From contig VGJV01000003.1 of assembly GCA_016867315.1 (NCBI GenBank), positions 27,429 through 91,428 on the forward strand: a DNA stretch of 64,000 bases. The letters are read 5' to 3'. A program made the position numbers and the translations under genes. The notes below the pieces were generated by a model. That model did not search any database and was not told the origin of the DNA. It saw only the letters and a program-made list of their open reading frames with translations. Shown one piece after another: positions 28,480 through 38,238 of the stretch (position 1 is its first letter; each line of letters begins with the position of its first letter). This DNA is from Candidatus Liptonbacteria bacterium (lineage in GTDB: Bacteria > Patescibacteriota > Minisyncoccia > UBA6257 > 2-01-FULL-56-20).

Positions 28480-30354
28480 ATGCCTAAAATAATTGGAATC
28501 GATCTTGGAACCACAAATTCCGCGGTAGCGGTAATGGAGGGGGGAGAACCTCGGATACTCGAGAATGCCGAAGGCAACCGCACCACCCCCTCAGTTGTAG
28601 CGTTAAACAAAGCAGGCGAACGTTTGGTGGGATTGCTTGCCAAGCTTCAGTCGGTTACGAATCCTAAAAACACCATCTTTTCGGTAAAACGCCTTATGGG
28701 ACGTAAGTTTAGTGATGAGCATGTTACGGGAGATCGCAAATGGCTCCCGTACGACGTTCAAAATTCCCAAACGGGAGGAGTAGAAGTAAAGATGGGAGAT
28801 AAATGGTATTCCCCGGAAGAAATTTCTGCATTTATCTTGGCAAAAATAAAAGCGGATGCCGAATCCAAACTTGGCGAGAAGGTGGAGGAAGCCGTCATTA
28901 CGGTACCGGCATATTTCGACGATTCGCAGCGGCAAGCGACCAAAAATGCAGGAGAAATTGCAGGCCTTAAAGTGCGTCGGATTTTAAACGAACCCACGGC
29001 GGCTGCGCTCGCCTATGGGATGAATAAACAAAAAAATGAAAAAATCGTCGTCTATGATTTCGGGGGTGGAACTTTTGATATTTCAGTGCTCGAAGTGGGA
29101 GATGACACTGTAGAAGTTCGGGCCACCGGAGGAGATACGCACCTGGGAGGAGATGATTTTGATAAGCGGCTCATCGAATATCTCGTAAATGAATACAAGA
29201 AAGCCGAAGGCATCGATATCTCGAAAGACCCACTTGCCCTGCAGCGCTTAAAAGAGGCCGCAGAGCGGGCGAAGCACGAACTTTCAACTGCCGCCGCCAC
29301 GGAGGTAAATCTGCCCTACATTACTTCGGATGCTTCGGGCCCCAAACACTTCCTGGTCCAAGTGACCCGGGCGAAACTTGAAGAGCTCGTACGCGATTAT
29401 ATCGAGCGCTCGATTGAGCTTACTCGGGAAACAGTGACGGCGCCTGCTCCCCGCGGTGCAGGCTTTGCCCTCACGGATATCAATGAAGTGATCTTGGTGG
29501 GAGGACAAACGCGTATGCCGGCCATGGTAGAAGCCGTAAAAAAACTCTTTAATAAAGAACCGCACAAAGGAATCAACCCAGACGAAGTAGTAGCGGTAGG
29601 GGCAGCGGTACAAGCCGGGATTCTCCAAGGAGATGTAAAGGATATCCTTCTACTGGACGTAACTCCGCTCACGCTTTCAATCGAAACACTGGGAAGCGTA
29701 GCTACTCCGATGATCCCGAAGAATACCACGGTGCCCACCGCAAAAACCCAAGTATTCTCGACCGCAAGCGACAACCAAACCTCTGTGGAGGTGCATGTGC
29801 TCCAAGGGGAACGGCCGATGGCAGCGGATAATAAAACGCTCGCACGATTTATGCTCGACGGTATTCCTCCGGCTCCCCGGGGAGTGCCGCAAGTGGAAGT
29901 AGTCTTCGACATCGATGCGAATGGGATATTGAATGTGAGTGCGAAAGATAAGGCGAGTGGTAAATCTCAGTCAGTGAAAATCCAGGCTTCCACGAATCTT
30001 TCTCGGGAAGAAATAGAAAAACTGAAGCAAGAGGCTGCCTCGCATGCTGCAGAAGACGCAAAACGTAAAGAATTAGCCGAAGTTAAAAATCAGGCCGAAA
30101 GTACGGTGTATCTCGCCGAGAAGGCTCTGAAGGATGGAGGAGAAAAAGTACCGGCAGACGTGAAAAAAACCGTGGAAGAAAAAGTTGAAGCTTTAAAGAA
30201 GGTAAAAGATGGAGAAGACGCGCAGGCAATAAAGGTGGCGCTAGAAGCCCTTTCTGCCGAAATTCAAAAAATCGGCCAGGCGTTCTATAATAATCCAGGG
30301 AATCAGACTCCTCCTAACCAACAAACTAATGATCCGGGACCTCAGCAGTCCTAA
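28480..30354 (+). CDS. dnaK: molecular chaperone DnaK (Hsp70)
   Basis: [18 protein letters not shown] and [15 protein letters not shown] Hsp70 signatures. Confidence 0.95.
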   Translation: MPKIIGIDLGTTNSAVAVMEGGEPRILENAEGNRTTPSVVALNKAGERLVGLLAKLQSVTNPKNTIFSVKRLMGRKFSDEHVTGDRKWLPYDVQNSQTGGVEVKMGDKWYSPEEISAFILAKIKADAESKLGEKVEEAVITVPAYFDDSQRQATKNAGEIAGLKVRRILNEPTAAALAYGMNKQKNEKIVVYDFGGGTFDISVLEVGDDTVEVRATGGDTHLGGDDFDKRLIEYLVNEYKKAEGIDISKDPLALQRLKEAAERAKHELSTAAATEVNLPYITSDASGPKHFLVQVTRAKLEELVRDYIERSIELTRETVTAPAPRGAGFALTDINEVILVGGQTRMPAMVEAVKKLFNKEPHKGINPDEVVAVGAAVQAGILQGDVKDILLLDVTPLTLSIETLGSVATPMIPKNTTVPTAKTQVFSTASDNQTSVEVHVLQGERPMAADNKTLARFMLDGIPPAPRGVPQVEVVFDIDANGILNVSAKDKASGKSQSVKIQASTNLSREEIEKLKQEAASHAAEDAKRKELAEVKNQAESTVYLAEKALKDGGEKVPADVKKTVEEKVEALKKVKDGEDAQAIKVALEALSAEIQKIGQAFYNNPGNQTPPNQQTNDPGPQQS

Positions 30355-31351
30355 ACCAAATGATGCCGGGAACCTGGTGGCACAAGTGCCGCTGGAAACC
30401 GAGGAGCGCTCGAGCGGATTTTACTTCTCCCTCGTATTAGACGTCTTGACCGTAGCCTTCGCATTCTGGACGGGGCTCATGTACCAGAGTTTCCTAACCG
30501 GCGAGGCCTCGCTTGGAGGAGTAGCTGCGGTGGCAACGCTTTTCGGCACATTTTTGGCCGTGGGACTATATCTCACGAGGCACGCAGGGAGGCGAATACT
30601 TGTGATTGTGGGAGTAATCGTAGGACTGTTCCTTTTTACGCTTACGCCGGGAAACGCAGCGTACGTAGGTCTCTCGGCAATACTCACGTTTCTGCTTCTC
30701 CTTTGGGGGGAAGCACTGGCCCGCGCGAGGATCGCGAATTCTTTGGAGGTCCGTTTCACCCATGGAGTACAGCCTCTGCTGTCGAAAGCTACGACTGCGC
30801 TGGTTTTTTCCGGATTAATCCTCTTTATTCCGATATGGACTCCGGCGAAAGCGTTCCTGTCTCCCGCGGAATTCAATTCTTATTATGAAGTTATTGGGGG
30901 CACGCTCCATCGCTTCTACGGAGAAATAAATTTTTCCGGCACATTTGATCAATTCGCAAGCAGTTTGGCTCGTTACGAACTCTTAGGGAATGCGGATTTC
31001 AAGCGTCTCCCGCCGAGCAGGCAAGCGGCAGTAACAGAAGAAGTAACTGTGAAAGTAAAAGAAAATCTTGGAAAAACATTGGAAGTCAAAGTTGAAGAGG
31101 GCAAGAAATCTATGGGCGCAATATTCTATAAACTTTCTATGCGTACCCTCGGAGATCTGCAAGGGAAATTCGGAACTTGGTTTCTTGTAGGCTGGGCTAT
31201 TCTTTTATTTGCCATAATCCGCGGAGTAGGAGTGTTCCTATATTGGATTGCCGGTTTGCTAGGCCTTCTTATGTTTCACATTCTCCTTTTGTTAGGAATA
31301 ACGCGACTAAGAGGGGAAACGCGCACGCAGCAAGTGGCAGAATATATTTAA
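30329..31351 (+). CDS. hypothetical polytopic membrane protein inserted between dnaK and dnaJ
   Basis: 340 aa with multiple TM helices and no recognised domain. Confidence 0.5.
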   Translation: MIRDLSSPKPNDAGNLVAQVPLETEERSSGFYFSLVLDVLTVAFAFWTGLMYQSFLTGEASLGGVAAVATLFGTFLAVGLYLTRHAGRRILVIVGVIVGLFLFTLTPGNAAYVGLSAILTFLLLLWGEALARARIANSLEVRFTHGVQPLLSKATTALVFSGLILFIPIWTPAKAFLSPAEFNSYYEVIGGTLHRFYGEINFSGTFDQFASSLARYELLGNADFKRLPPSRQAAVTEEVTVKVKENLGKTLEVKVEEGKKSMGAIFYKLSMRTLGDLQGKFGTWFLVGWAILLFAIIRGVGVFLYWIAGLLGLLMFHILLLLGITRLRGETRTQQVAEYI

Positions 31352-31421
31352 TCAAAATCTAATAACTAATGACAGAGACCACATCTTGTTATACGTTATA
31401 AGTCATTAGTTAAGTATTCTT

Positions 31422-32492
31422 ATGAAGGATTACTACAAAATATTAGGAGTGGAACGCGGAGCGACGGAGGAAGAAATTAAAAAGGCATATAGAAAATTAG
31501 CGCACCAGCATCACCCTGACAAAAGCGGTGGAAATGAAACCAAATTCAAAGAAATAAACGAGGCGTATCAAGTGCTCTCGGACAAGAAAAAGAGAGAGAC
31601 GTATGATCGTTTTGGTACCGCGGAGCCCGGAGGATTCGGTGCCGGCGGTTTTTCATGGGATGGATTTGGTTTCGATTCGCAGGGAATGGGAGATATGGGG
31701 AATTTAGGTGATATTTTCGAAGATCTTTTTGAAAATCTTGGAGTACGTCCTCGTCGACGTTCCTATGCTCATGGATCTGATTTGGAAGTCAAAGAAGAAA
31801 TCACGTTAGAAGAAGCGCTTCGAGGAAAAGCGAAACACATAGAATTTAAAACGCTCGGGAAATGTGAAACCTGCAAAGGCCAAGGGGCGGATGCGGAAGC
31901 CGGATTTTCTCAGTGTGCGGCATGCGGAGGCCAAGGAGAAATTCGAATGGATAGAAGGACGTTCTTCGGAAGTTTTTCGCAGGTAAAGGCCTGCGAGAAG
32001 TGTCACGGCATGGGCCAAATCCCCAAAAAAGTTTGCAAAGTATGCAATGGCAATGGACGAATCTCCATTACAAGAGAAGTAGATGTAGAAATTCTTCCGG
32101 GCATCGAAGATAATCAGCTCATTCAGGTAAAAGGCATGGGGGAAGCGGGAGAGCGCGGAAGTGCCGCGGGAGACCTTTATGTACGCGTGCGCATTAAGCC
32201 GCACTCGGCGTTTGAACGCCGCGGCGACGACTTGATCGTAAAAAAAGAGTTGAAACTCAAAGATGTCCTTCTCGGTAATAAAGTGGAAGTGAAAACATTA
32301 GCGGGCGGGACCCTTCATGTGGAAATTCCACCGCACTTTAATTTAAAAGATCTTTTGAGGATTCCGGGAGAAGGAATGCCCCGGTTCGGCTCTTCGAGAA
32401 GGGGAGACCTCCTTGTGGATTTCATATTAAAAGCTCCGGCCCGCCTGAACCCTAAAGATAAAAAGGCGTTCGAGGATCTGCTTAAGGATTAA
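31422..32492 (+). CDS. dnaJ: molecular chaperone DnaJ
   Basis: J-domain HPD motif (HHPDKS), a G/F region, four CxxCxGxG zinc-finger repeats and the C-terminal domain. Confidence 0.9.
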   Translation: MKDYYKILGVERGATEEEIKKAYRKLAHQHHPDKSGGNETKFKEINEAYQVLSDKKKRETYDRFGTAEPGGFGAGGFSWDGFGFDSQGMGDMGNLGDIFEDLFENLGVRPRRRSYAHGSDLEVKEEITLEEALRGKAKHIEFKTLGKCETCKGQGADAEAGFSQCAACGGQGEIRMDRRTFFGSFSQVKACEKCHGMGQIPKKVCKVCNGNGRISITREVDVEILPGIEDNQLIQVKGMGEAGERGSAAGDLYVRVRIKPHSAFERRGDDLIVKKELKLKDVLLGNKVEVKTLAGGTLHVEIPPHFNLKDLLRIPGEGMPRFGSSRRGDLLVDFILKAPARLNPKDKKAFEDLLKD

Positions 32493-32495
32493 AAT

Positions 32496-32569
32496 TGGTG
32501 CCCCCACTTGGAATCGGACCAAGGTCAACTGCTTAAAAGGCAGCTGCTTTACCACTAAGCTATGGGGGC
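32496..32569 (-). tRNA. tRNA-Lys (anticodon UUU), CCA encoded
   Basis: Reverse complement GCCCCCATAGCTTAGTGGTAAAGCAGCTGCCTTTTAAGCAGTTGACCTTGGTCCGATTCCAAGTGGGGGCACCA folds as a cloverleaf with a 7-bp acceptor stem, T-loop TCCGATT and anticodon loop CTTTTAA. Confidence 0.8.
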
Positions 32570-32576
32570 ATTCCCC

Positions 32577-32612
32577 GTCCACCCACCAGGACTTGAACCT
32601 GGAACCATCTCC
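32577..32612 (-). repeat. 36-bp exact copy of the 3' half (T-arm plus acceptor 3' strand) of tRNA-Lys(CUU), followed by a GC hairpin (32614-32632)
   Basis: 32577-32612 is identical to 32737-32772. The copy diverges exactly where the anticodon arm would begin. Confidence 0.7.
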
Positions 32613-32738
32613 TGGCGAAACGATGTTTCGCCAATTGGTTCGTTCGGCAAAAATAATTTTTGTACTTTCGCCTCACTATCAATTGTAAGAGGATAGTTGC
32701 TCCTTGTCCCGTAGATATCTTATGTTGGATTCCCTTTG

Positions 32739-32811
32739 TCCACCCACCAGGACTTGAACCTGGAACCATCTCCTTAAGAGGGAGTTGCTCTGCCAATTGA
32801 GCTATGGGTGG
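32739..32811 (-). tRNA. tRNA-Lys (anticodon CUU), CCA not encoded
   Basis: Reverse complement CCACCCATAGCTCAATTGGCAGAGCAACTCCCTCTTAAGGAGATGGTTCCAGGTTCAAGTCCTGGTGGGTGGA. Acceptor stem CCACCCA/TGGGTGG, T-loop TTCAAGT, anticodon loop CTCTTAA. Confidence 0.75.
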
Positions 32812-32839
32812 ACAAAGGGAATCAAGATATTGTACGGGA

Positions 32840-32861
32840 TGCCAATTGAGCTATGGGTGGA
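32840..32861 (-). repeat. 22-bp copy of the 5' portion (acceptor plus D-arm) of tRNA-Lys(CUU)
   Basis: tgccaattgagctatgggtgga at 32840-32861 is identical to 32791-32812. Confidence 0.6.
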
Positions 32862-32979
32862 AACTGAGCGAAAAAATAATAACAAAATTATAGATTTTGT
32901 AAAAGGCATTTTGAGATAAGGAGGGCTTTTTAAAGCCTTCCCATTTGAAAATATATTTGCTAAACTCTCCCTTAATCAC

Positions 32980-34209
32980 ATGCGACGTCCAGGACTGACT
33001 CTTTCTCTGATTGTCCTTCTCGCAATTATTGCGGGAATCTTCGTATATCCCAAAGGCTTGGGCGAAAAATGGCGCCCATGGAGGTTGGGACTCGACCTCG
33101 TGGGGGGCAGCCATCTTATTTATGGGATTGATTTGAAGGATGTGCAGCAAAAAGACCGCGAAACAGTCGTAAATGGACTTCGAGATGTTATCGAGCGGCG
33201 TGTAAACCTTTTTGGTGTGGGTGAACCGCAAGTATTTGTAGCTTCCGAAGGCGGCCAGAGTCAACTTATCGTAGAACTCGCCGGAGTAAAGGAAATTAGC
33301 GAAGCCATCAAGCAAATCGGGGAAACGCCCTTTTTGGATTTCCGAGAGGTGGAACAGAATGGCACAAGTACCGAATTTATAATGACAAACCTCACGGGCC
33401 GGTACGTGAGGGGTGCCGAACTCACGCTCGATCCCAACATGAATGCGCCGCAGGTAGCTATCACTTTCAATGACGAGGGCGCGCAAATTTTTGAGAAGCT
33501 CACCGAAGCCAATGTGGGGAAGCCGGTGGCAATATTTTTGGATAATACTTTGATCGAAATGCCTACCGTGCAACAAAAGATTTCCGGAGGCAACGCAGTG
33601 ATCACTGGCCGATTCACCATTCAGGAAGCGCAGAAACTTGTCGAAAGATTCAATGCGGGAGCATTGCCTGCGCCGATTACGCTTATCAATCAACAAACAA
33701 TCAGCCCGAATCTCGGAAGCGATTCTTTAAAAAAGGTTATTTTCGCCGGGGCCATAGGCACATTCCTCGTCATGCTTTTTATGATCTTCTACTATCGCAC
33801 GCTCGGAATTTTTGCCTCGCTCTCCCTTTTGATTTACATCACACTCACGCTCGCAGTCTTCAAGTTGGTGCCAATCACGCTCACACTCGCTGGGTTGGCT
33901 GGGTTCATACTCACGATAGGAATGGCGGTAGACGCGAACATTTTAATTTTTGAGCGGATGAAAGAAGAAATACAGCGAGGACTTACAAAGGCGGCGTCGC
34001 GCACCGAAGGATTTCGCCGTGCTTGGCCTTCCATTCGGGATTCCAATACCTCGACGATTCTTACTGCGATCATTCTTTACTTCTTTACTTCGAGTTTTGT
34101 GCAGGGATTTGCGCTTACGCTCCTCATCGGAACTCTGGTAAGTATGTTCTCGGCAATCACCACCACCCGTTACTTCCTCCAAGTGTTTTTAAAAGAGCGC
34201 GCAAGATGA
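32980..34209 (+). CDS. secD: protein translocase subunit SecD
   Basis: N-terminal TM, a periplasmic domain and a C-terminal 6-TM SecD/F core (GPSLGSD…, AGLAGFILTIGMAVDANILIFERMKEE). Confidence 0.85.
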   Translation: MRRPGLTLSLIVLLAIIAGIFVYPKGLGEKWRPWRLGLDLVGGSHLIYGIDLKDVQQKDRETVVNGLRDVIERRVNLFGVGEPQVFVASEGGQSQLIVELAGVKEISEAIKQIGETPFLDFREVEQNGTSTEFIMTNLTGRYVRGAELTLDPNMNAPQVAITFNDEGAQIFEKLTEANVGKPVAIFLDNTLIEMPTVQQKISGGNAVITGRFTIQEAQKLVERFNAGALPAPITLINQQTISPNLGSDSLKKVIFAGAIGTFLVMLFMIFYYRTLGIFASLSLLIYITLTLAVFKLVPITLTLAGLAGFILTIGMAVDANILIFERMKEEIQRGLTKAASRTEGFRRAWPSIRDSNTSTILTAIILYFFTSSFVQGFALTLLIGTLVSMFSAITTTRYFLQVFLKERAR

Positions 34210-34245
34210 TTCTACTTTCTACTTTTTAATTTCTATTTTCTAAAA

Positions 34246-35136
34246 ATGTTGAACGTCATCGGCCGTAAAAATATCTACTTCGCGGTCTCCGCCATTCTCA
34301 TAGTGGCGTCAGTGGTGGCAATCGGCCTATACGGTTTCAAGCAGGGAATCGATTTTCGGGGCGGGACGCTCTGGCAGCTCGCGGTTAAAGAAAATGCCCC
34401 GACTCCCACGGCACTCCAAAACGCTATTGTAGAAATGACTTCAGCAGATGTGCGCGTAAATCAGACAGAGCAGGGAGGTTTTCTCGTGCGATTGCCTGTG
34501 TTAGACGAAACTAACCACCAATCCTATCTCGAAGCCCTGAAGAAAAAGTATCCGTCACTCGAGGAACTTAGTTTTTCTTCGATTGGTCCATCTGTGGGAG
34601 CAGAACTTCGTCGCAAAGCGATAATGGCTATTATATTGGTTCTTCTAGGCATCTCGCTCTACATCGCATACGCCTTCCGGAAAGCTTCTTATCCGGTAAG
34701 TTCTTGGAAATATGGATGGGTAACACTCGTGACTCTTTTCCATGATGTAATAATTCCAGCCGGTTTACTCGCGTATCTTGGTCACACCCAGGGAGTGGAA
34801 ATAGACGGGAACTTCGTAGTTGCCCTCCTCGTAGTGATGGGATTCTCGGTGCATGACACGATCGTAGTATTCGACCGCATTCGAGAGAATGTGGTACTCC
34901 GAGGTCACAAAGAGCGCTTTGAAACAGTGGTAAACGACAGTATCAATCAAACCCTAGCTCGTTCCGTAAATACTTCGCTTACGCTTATTCTCGTGCTCAT
35001 TGCGCTCTACTTCATGGGCCCCGAAACACTCCGCTTCTTCGTTCTTACTCTGCTCATAGGGGTATCTGCAGGAATCTACTCGTCCATATTCATCGCGAGC
35101 CCCCTCCTGGTGGTTTTCAAAGGAAAAAGGGCCTAA
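34246..35136 (+). CDS. secF: protein translocase subunit SecF
   Basis: SecF motifs (IDFRGGT…, HDTIVVFDRIREN) downstream of secD. Confidence 0.85.
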   Translation: MLNVIGRKNIYFAVSAILIVASVVAIGLYGFKQGIDFRGGTLWQLAVKENAPTPTALQNAIVEMTSADVRVNQTEQGGFLVRLPVLDETNHQSYLEALKKKYPSLEELSFSSIGPSVGAELRRKAIMAIILVLLGISLYIAYAFRKASYPVSSWKYGWVTLVTLFHDVIIPAGLLAYLGHTQGVEIDGNFVVALLVVMGFSVHDTIVVFDRIRENVVLRGHKERFETVVNDSINQTLARSVNTSLTLILVLIALYFMGPETLRFFVLTLLIGVSAGIYSSIFIASPLLVVFKGKRA

Positions 35137-35165
35137 AAATGGGGTTGACTCTATAGGGGGGTATA

Positions 35166-36215
35166 TTGTATGATGGGTCCACAACTATGGAACGGAATCC
35201 CAAAGAATTAAATGAAATCTTGGCCACTCTTACGCCTCGACAGCGAGAGGTAATTGTGCGCCGATTTGGCCTTGGTAAATCTGAAGGTGAAACCCTTGCG
35301 GAAATAGGGGTGCGCTTTGGCATTACACGCGAACGAGTTCGCCAAATTGAGGCTTCTGCAATGAAACTTCTAAGGGAAAAAATCGAAGCGCATCCTACCC
35401 TGGGAAACTTCGTCGCTCAAACCTGCTCGTTCCTTAAGTCTCGCGGGGGAGTAGTGCCGGCACAAGCGTTCATTGAAGAAGCCGCTTCACGTTTTCCTGG
35501 TATTGAAGCTTCGCATGTCGCGCTTCTCGCGGATGCAACCAAAGCTTTTTCTTTTTATCCCGGGGATCGGCACTTCCATTCGCTCTACTATCTTTCGAAA
35601 AACGACTTGAAAGAAGCAAAAAGTTTTGTGGACTCGTGGGAAAAGCACTTGAGCGACAAGAAGGAATCGGTATTGGGAGGAGCTTACGACGCACACTTGG
35701 GCAAATTTGTAGAAGAAAAGAAGCTGCCTTCTGCGCACGTAGAAAGCTACCTTACCGCTTCAAAAAAGATTCATGAGAATCCTTATGGAGATGTCGGACT
35801 CGCGGCATGGGCAGAAATCAAACCTCAAACCATCCGGGATCGAATTTATCTGGTGCTAAAGAAAGAGGGGAAGCCTTCGCACTTCCGGGATATTGCCGAA
35901 AAAATTACGGCCGCTGGGTTTGATTCGCGTCCTGCGCTCGCGGCAACCGTGCACAATGAACTTATTAAGGATCCCCGTTTTGTCTTGGTGGGCCGCGGAA
36001 TGTACGCCCTGAAAGAACATGGCTATGAAACCGGTACCGCACGAGAAATAATCCGCAAAATCTTGGCAGAGCAGGGAGCTATGCACCCTAAAGAAGTAAT
36101 CCTCGCCGCCCAAAAGAATTGGTTCTTCAAACCGAATACTATCCTTGTGAATCTCCAGAATCGCTCTCACTTCGAGCGATTGCCGGACGGGCGGTATAAG
36201 GTGCTTGAAAACTAA
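35166..36215 (+). CDS. sigma-70 region-4 (HTH) domain protein with an extended C-terminal domain
   Basis: N-terminal LTPRQREVIVRRFGLGKSEGETLAEIGVRFGITRERVRQIE is a sigma-70 r4/LuxR-like HTH. The rest is unassigned; the C-terminal region is possibly HARE-HTH-like. Confidence 0.5.
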   Translation: MYDGSTTMERNPKELNEILATLTPRQREVIVRRFGLGKSEGETLAEIGVRFGITRERVRQIEASAMKLLREKIEAHPTLGNFVAQTCSFLKSRGGVVPAQAFIEEAASRFPGIEASHVALLADATKAFSFYPGDRHFHSLYYLSKNDLKEAKSFVDSWEKHLSDKKESVLGGAYDAHLGKFVEEKKLPSAHVESYLTASKKIHENPYGDVGLAAWAEIKPQTIRDRIYLVLKKEGKPSHFRDIAEKITAAGFDSRPALAATVHNELIKDPRFVLVGRGMYALKEHGYETGTAREIIRKILAEQGAMHPKEVILAAQKNWFFKPNTILVNLQNRSHFERLPDGRYKVLEN

Positions 36216-36286
36216 GACGAGAAAATAGCAAGTGCGACCCCCGCCCATGGTATACATCGGCGGGGGTTGTTCTATAATAAAGAAGC

Positions 36287-37642
36287 ATGGGTTTCGATCT
36301 CGGCGGAATTATCATTGAATTTTTAGACCTCACCAAATGGTTCTGGGTCTTTTTTATTCTATGGCCGCTCTTTAAGTCCACTTGGATCGGGTGGAGGCAG
36401 TTTGAATATGAGCATTCAAGCCAGTTCCGGCAAAATATGTTCGAGATCCGAATTCCTCGAGAAATCCGTAAGAGTCCTCGCGCGATGGAACAGGTACTTA
36501 TGGCACTTCATTCGTTGCGAAATGTAGCCGGAGACTTCGAGGAAATTTGGAAAGACGGAGAAATCACCAAATGGTTTACGCTCGAGATTTGCAGCTTCGG
36601 AGGAGAAATTCGTTTTTTTATTCGGTATTATTACAAGCAAAGGCCCCTCGTGGAGGCTGCGTTCTTCTCATATTATCCGGACGTTGAGCTTGTAGAGGTT
36701 GATGATTATATGGAAGATCTGCCGAAAGATATGGATGAGGTGTATGCCAAGGGATTGAGCATTTGGGGAGCAGAAATGGTGTTAAGAAAAGAGGAAGCAT
36801 ACCCTATTCGCACCTACCCTTTATTTGAAGCTCCAGATGAAGAACGGCAATATGATCCGATCTCTCTTACTCTTGAAGTACTAGGAAAAGCTAAAAAAGA
36901 AGAATTTATAGGCGTACAATTTTTGATTTCTCCCGCTTCAGATTGCTGGCAGGATGAATGGAAAGGACTCGTAGAACATCTCAAAGAACAAAGCGGCAAA
37001 AAACAAGGCGCCGCCGCGAAACCTAAAACCAAAACCGAATTCCCAGGAGGAATACTTCCCGCATTTCACGTGGAAAGCCCCAAAGAAGACCCGCTGGCTT
37101 CGCTTCGAGTCACACGGACTCCCGGAGAAACAAATGTTCTTGAGGCTATGGAAAATAATCTCTCCAAGCCCGCGTTTGAGACTGTAGCTCGTTTTATATA
37201 TCTTTCACCCTCGCCTCTTTTCTACGATTCCTTTGCCCGCCGTGGTATCGCAGGAATGTTCAATCAATACGCCGCGCAAGACCTGAATTCCTTCAAAAGA
37301 AATGACGAGGTAAGTACCCGTGTTCGGCCTTGGAATTGGCCTCATGTATTCTGGAATATCCGTGCGGAATATCGTAAGTCGGGATTACTATGGCAGTATA
37401 GACATCGACTAATGCCATTCCATACTTTTATGGCGAAACTCATCACTTCCCATTGGTTTTATTGGAATTTCAATTCAAAGACCATTACGCTAAATGTAGA
37501 AGCGATCGCAACACTTTTTCATCCGCCCACTTTTCTCGTGCTTACTGCGCCGCATATTAGACGCGTCGAAAGCCGCAAGACTGGCCCCCCTGCGGGACTT
37601 GCCATATACGGAAACGAAAAAGACATCGAACGATTTCAATGA
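36287..37642 (+). CDS. hypothetical membrane-anchored protein (451 aa), first gene of a 3-gene module ending in a TrwB/VirD4-like ATPase
   Basis: N-terminal TM helix (WFWVFFILWPLF), then a large soluble domain with no known motif. Confidence 0.5.
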   Translation: MGFDLGGIIIEFLDLTKWFWVFFILWPLFKSTWIGWRQFEYEHSSQFRQNMFEIRIPREIRKSPRAMEQVLMALHSLRNVAGDFEEIWKDGEITKWFTLEICSFGGEIRFFIRYYYKQRPLVEAAFFSYYPDVELVEVDDYMEDLPKDMDEVYAKGLSIWGAEMVLRKEEAYPIRTYPLFEAPDEERQYDPISLTLEVLGKAKKEEFIGVQFLISPASDCWQDEWKGLVEHLKEQSGKKQGAAAKPKTKTEFPGGILPAFHVESPKEDPLASLRVTRTPGETNVLEAMENNLSKPAFETVARFIYLSPSPLFYDSFARRGIAGMFNQYAAQDLNSFKRNDEVSTRVRPWNWPHVFWNIRAEYRKSGLLWQYRHRLMPFHTFMAKLITSHWFYWNFNSKTITLNVEAIATLFHPPTFLVLTAPHIRRVESRKTGPPAGLAIYGNEKDIERFQ

Positions 37643-37678
37643 CGTCATTAGTTATAAATCATCAGGTATAGTTTCGTT

Positions 37679-38194
37679 ATGTCTACCTCCACTCCATTAC
37701 TCACGTCTGCAGACTTTTGGCTTTCGGTGCATACCGTTTTGGCCTGGATTTTTCTTGTGCTCGATCTCGCTCTTTTAGTGGGTTTCGTATATGCATTTAG
37801 AAAAATAATCAAATTTCGCCCGCACGAACTTAAACCTGGCGAACGTCACCCCACAGGAATGGCCTCTCCTCAAATAACGGTATTCCGCGAACGCTGGGAG
37901 GCAGTCATGCGGCGTTTCGATCTAAATTCTCCCGAAGCCATGCGATTTTCCATCCTCGAAGCTGATATCCTCGTAGACGCCATTCTTAAAGATTCCGGCT
38001 TAGAGGGAGAAAATTTAGCAGACCGCTTAGCCAAAGTAACCCCGGAAAGCATTCAAAGTCTAAATCAGCTTTGGAAATCTCATCGGCTGAGAAATAAACT
38101 TGCAGAAACAAGTGAGTATGAGTTGTCTGCCGAAGAGGCGCAATCTGCCATTCAAGGGTATGAAGCCTTCCTTAAGGAAATAAAAATACTTTAA
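37679..38194 (+). CDS. hypothetical small membrane-anchored protein (171 aa)
   Basis: One N-terminal TM helix (VLAWIFLVLDLALLVGFVYAF). Tightly spaced between 36287..37642 and the ATPase. Confidence 0.45.
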   Translation: MSTSTPLLTSADFWLSVHTVLAWIFLVLDLALLVGFVYAFRKIIKFRPHELKPGERHPTGMASPQITVFRERWEAVMRRFDLNSPEAMRFSILEADILVDAILKDSGLEGENLADRLAKVTPESIQSLNQLWKSHRLRNKLAETSEYELSAEEAQSAIQGYEAFLKEIKIL

Positions 38195-38238
38195 CTAAAC
38201 CGTCATTTGTTATAAGTTATTAGTCATACGCCAATTCG

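Noticed and set aside
32851-33696. 281-aa minus-strand ORF
   Set aside because: It is entirely antisense to secD, which has unmistakable SecD/F motifs on the plus strand.
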